Assembly: GCA_010356995.1 (NCBI GenBank)
Contig: ML996692.1
Location: 62,001-126,000, forward strand
Length of the DNA: 64,000 bases
Direction of reading: 5' to 3'
Origin: Trichodelitschia bisporula
Taxonomy: Eukaryota
This document shows, one piece after another, positions 60,901 through 64,000 of the stretch; position 1 is the first letter of the stretch, and the number at the start of each line of letters is the position of its first letter. Below the pieces are notes generated by a model that was not told where the DNA came from, searched no databases, and worked only from the letters and a program-made list of their open reading frames with translations. A program made the translations under genes and the position numbers.

Positions 60901-61117
60901 TTGGGCACGGGGCCGATGAAGAGGCGGCGGGAGGTGATGAAGAGGTGCTCTGGGAGGGCGTGGGTCTGTAACAACCGGCAATCAGCATATATACGTGAGG
61001 TTTTGTAGCGGAGAGACGCACCAGGCGCTGCGCGGTAAAGGAGTCCGGCTCGAGGTTGGGAGGGAGGACGGGGGTGTGAGGCGTGTGGGGTTGGAATTGG
61101 GAGTTGCGGCGTGACAT
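57955..61117 (-). CDS. SPO71: Sporulation-specific PH-domain protein Spo71/Mug56; 2 introns (~60967-61021, ~59933-59978)
   Basis: SFTAQRL..PEHLFITSRRLFIGPVPKGW, KMEKMLVRV, LYSSLDKT, EWYTFLR, LAWKRYDRLEW, LELRPKEHFPT, EPPPVEGFLIRL and KRLYFSTHD. Confidence 0.87.
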
Positions 61118-61734
61118 AGCCGACGGTTCGTGCGGTAGAGACCGCGTCTAGGAATATGAGAGACTCGCGTTCGGGACTTGGGCGCGGAGGCGCGTAGAGG
61201 GTTGTGGTTGTGGTGGAGCTGTGGAGCTGAGCGAGCTGGGGTCAGGCCGTGTGGTCCGGGCGTGAGAACCTTGTCAACCGACGTCATTGATATTTTACCC
61301 GGCCAGGCTGGCTTAGAATATTGTCGTAGGAGGAAGGAGCATATCGTTCTTCGGAATAAACGGCTAGTAAGCGTCTACGATAGTACACATTGACGTTCAT
61401 GATAGTAAAAGGGCATCACATGTTGCTTTATTCCTCTAAAGTGGAGGACCGCTCTATTTCAAGTGTGATTATCCTCTCCGCGCGCAAAGCATTAGAGCTA
61501 GTCTAGCCGAACATCCTGTTAATCAGGATGCTTCAACAACACTCAAGAGCTACGAGTATCCATCCATCAGAAAAACCGAGCATGCACATGGTACAGGGTA
61601 TCAAAGCAGCCGAACTCCCAGCCTCTCTAAAAACCGGCGCCATGCATCCCACATCACAAATCAAATGCCGAACAAATGAACAAATCCTCCGAACCCCTCC
61701 CAACACCTCCCAACTCCCCCACTAAACCCAACCC

Positions 61735-64000
61735 CTAATCGTCGTCCAGGTCGATGATAACAGGAGCCACCGTCTTCAGAGACATCAACGGCGTCTCAGG
61801 ACTACTACTCGGATCACTGCGCGTCTGCCGCACGCACCCCATAGCACCGCGATCCCTCGACGGCGGATCGCCCTTAAGCGTCCACGACCCATCACCCTCC
61901 ACCGCCACCGAGCGGACAGAACGCTTCTCCCTCTGATGGGCCTCTTTCAGCACCATCTCGAGGAAGCCGTCAAAGCACAACACATCTGGACGCACATCGG
62001 CGCGGCAAATTGGGCAACGCCAGGAATCAGGATCGCTAGGCCAGTCGAGCTTCTCGCGCGGCCGGCTCTGCAGAAAAATATCAAGATCGAAGCCCTCGCG
62101 GTGAACGCATGACCGGCCACGCACTGGAAAGGACACGAGCTGGTACGGCGCAATGGGGTCGACCAGCGGAATCGTTATGTTCGCTGAAGCTACAATGAGA
62201 TCGTCGTCTTCGTCGTCGTTTGTCATGGTGACATCGCCAGTGGCATCGGGTCTGGTGGGCGCGAGCGAGGCTTTGATGGCGTCCAGCGTTGTCTTTGGGT
62301 CTCTGCGGTGCGTGGCTGCGACCTTCTTGATCCAGGTATGCGAGACTACATCGACATATTCGATTCCGATGATATAATGGAAATCCGACTGATTGGCTGA
62401 GCCCGCATTGATAGAGATGGTGACCACGTTGGAACCCAGGCGCAAGAACTCCGTGATATCGATGGGCATGTCTTTTCCCCAGTGGATCTTGCGACGGATT
62501 TCCAGGTGGTGATCTTCGATGGAGAGGTAGATATTTGGAGGAAAGGATGTTTCTTTACAAACCCACGCGCTTGGAAAGAGGGAGTCTGGAAGTGGAACTT
62601 CCCCTAAATTCCCAAGAGACTCGTGGGCCTTCACGCATCTCACCCTGTACTGCCGATGTCCACTCTGGAGATGTCGAATCTGGCCGTTGTTCGACTTCTT
62701 GGTCTGCGGGATTTTGGACATTTTCGCCTCGTCCAAGATGAAACTAAGCCGATACCTGTGCTTATCGGGCTTGATGGATATGGGCTGAGCCGCGAAACCT
62801 GCGGGGTATTGGTAAAGCGGGTTCGCTGGAGGCGACCAAGGGTAAGGCGCCATGTCCGGGTCAAAAAGCTGCGGACCGCGTAGATGAGCCTGGTGAATAG
62901 CGGTATGGCGCCAGCTAGCCGTCGCAGGCTGAGGTAAGGACGGCCCGTTATGAGGAGGAAAGAAGGCCGTGAGTGCCGGGGGCGCTGAGTTGGGCGGAGC
63001 CGGGGGGAGTGGGAAGGAAAAGCGGCGATCGATCTGCTGATGCGGGTGGGCAGACTGCGGGGGCGATTGTTGATGTTGCTGCCCAAGACGGGTTTGTATT
63101 TGCTGGATAAGCTGGACGAACGGTTCTACTTGCGTCCTAGGAACGTTCGTGGTTTGCTGTACCGGAACGAACCCTCCTGGACCACCGCGAGGTGGGGCCT
63201 GCGCCTGGACACCGCCAGGGGTTCCTGGCGGACCGTAGACAGACTGGTAGCCAGTAGAGGCAGTCTGGAGCATGGCGGGGCGCGTCTGCGTTCGTGCTCG
63301 AGCTCGTGCCTGCGGTTGCTGCGTGTGTGTCGGTGTAGAGGTCTGCGCGTGTGCCTGCGCTTGGGCTTGCCGCGCTTGAGCTTTCTGCGCCTGTACCTGC
63401 GCCTGAGCTTGCCGAACCCGTGCCTGCGCTTGAGCTTGCCGCGCTTTAGCCTGAGTATGAGCCTGCTGCGCCTGTGCCAGCTCCTGGGCTTGGCGCACTT
63501 GTTCCCGTGCCTGCGCTTGCTGCACGATCGCCTGTGCTTGAGCTTGCTGCACCTGCTGCGCGCGCATAAAGGCCTGTGTTTGCGCTTGCGCTTTCGCTAG
63601 CGCTGCCTGGTCCCTCAAGGGTTGAAGAAGCTGATTGAATTCGTTCATAAAGCGTCTCCGAAAGACGGATCGCTCCTCCCGATCAGGGCCGCGGCTGCCC
63701 CGCTGTTCCAGATACTCGAAGTAGATGCCTATGTGGTGTAGGCAAATCATATCTCCAGCGTCTGCAATCGCCTGGTGGTCAGGGAAAGACACCAGAAGCG
63801 ATCGGAATGCAGCAGTGAACAGGCAGTGCACCAATGTCTTAGATGGCAAGGCGAGACGATGTACCAGTTCTGGAACAATCAGCGGGAAGCCACGCTGTTG
63901 GCTGCTCTGACACATGTGGTCCCAGCACACATCCAGCTGCGGGAAGAAGAGGGTGAGCGACTTGAGGGCGATCTGGTAAGTCGAAGCCCAGTTCATGGCG
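61735..64000 (-). CDS. MIZ/SP-RING zinc finger protein (putative SUMO E3 ligase), 5' part outside the window
   Basis: PLVDP..PVRGRSCVH..FDL..WRCPIC, IRRKIHWGKDMPIDIT and a C-terminal SIM-like VIIDLDDD. The frame is open to the window edge. Confidence 0.88.
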   Translation of the reverse strand, partial: AMNWASTYQIALKSLTLFFPQLDVCWDHMCQSSQQRGFPLIVPELVHRLALPSKTLVHCLFTAAFRSLLVSFPDHQAIADAGDMICLHHIGIYFEYLEQRGSRGPDREERSVFRRRFMNEFNQLLQPLRDQAALAKAQAQTQAFMRAQQVQQAQAQAIVQQAQAREQVRQAQELAQAQQAHTQAKARQAQAQARVRQAQAQVQAQKAQARQAQAQAHAQTSTPTHTQQPQARARARTQTRPAMLQTASTGYQSVYGPPGTPGGVQAQAPPRGGPGGFVPVQQTTNVPRTQVEPFVQLIQQIQTRLGQQHQQSPPQSAHPHQQIDRRFSFPLPPAPPNSAPPALTAFFPPHNGPSLPQPATASWRHTAIHQAHLRGPQLFDPDMAPYPWSPPANPLYQYPAGFAAQPISIKPDKHRYRLSFILDEAKMSKIPQTKKSNNGQIRHLQSGHRQYRVRCVKAHESLGNLGEVPLPDSLFPSAWVCKETSFPPNIYLSIEDHHLEIRRKIHWGKDMPIDITEFLRLGSNVVTISINAGSANQSDFHYIIGIEYVDVVSHTWIKKVAATHRRDPKTTLDAIKASLAPTRPDATGDVTMTNDDEDDDLIVASANITIPLVDPIAPYQLVSFPVRGRSCVHREGFDLDIFLQSRPREKLDWPSDPDSWRCPICRADVRPDVLCFDGFLEMVLKEAHQREKRSVRSVAVEGDGSWTLKGDPPSRDRGAMGCVRQTRSDPSSSPETPLMSLKTVAPVIIDLDDD
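63330..63600 (-). repeat. Coding Gln/Ala-rich repeat (QAQAQ units)
   Basis: Visible in the translation of the SP-RING gene. Confidence 0.8.

Noticed and set aside
1..64000. tRNA, 5S rRNA, transposase/RT genes, CRISPR arrays, secondary-metabolite cluster
   Set aside because: No cloverleaf around GTTCGA hits, no rRNA signature, no DDE/RT motifs, no repeat-spacer array and no PKS/NRPS backbone gene were seen.

Overview
Gene-dense, GC-rich, intron-containing filamentous ascomycete (Pezizomycotina-type) DNA. About 19 protein-coding genes were reconstructed by hand from short spliceosomal introns (GT..CTRAY..AG). Recognisable genes are an Ies4-like INO80 subunit, an MFS transporter, an F-box-like protein, an AhpD-like protein, SDH4 and MAS1 (head-to-head), a GPI-type cell-wall protein, a TM9SF nonaspanin, a HET-C-family protein, macro-domain and RWD proteins, a PHO84-like phosphate transporter with Pho4-type sites, a GT1 sterol glucosyltransferase, PRS1, SPO71/Mug56 and a 5'-truncated SP-RING (MIZ) protein. 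No transposase, tRNA, rRNA or CRISPR array could be supported. The most striking unexplained element is a ~750-nt intergenic segment (8451-9200) packed with hairpins whose G-U wobbles favour the + strand, a candidate large structured ncRNA that I could not assign to a known family. A ~15.5-kb stretch with no recognisable gene lies between two convergent genes (42392-57954). Gene identities are recalled from motifs; no database search was run.
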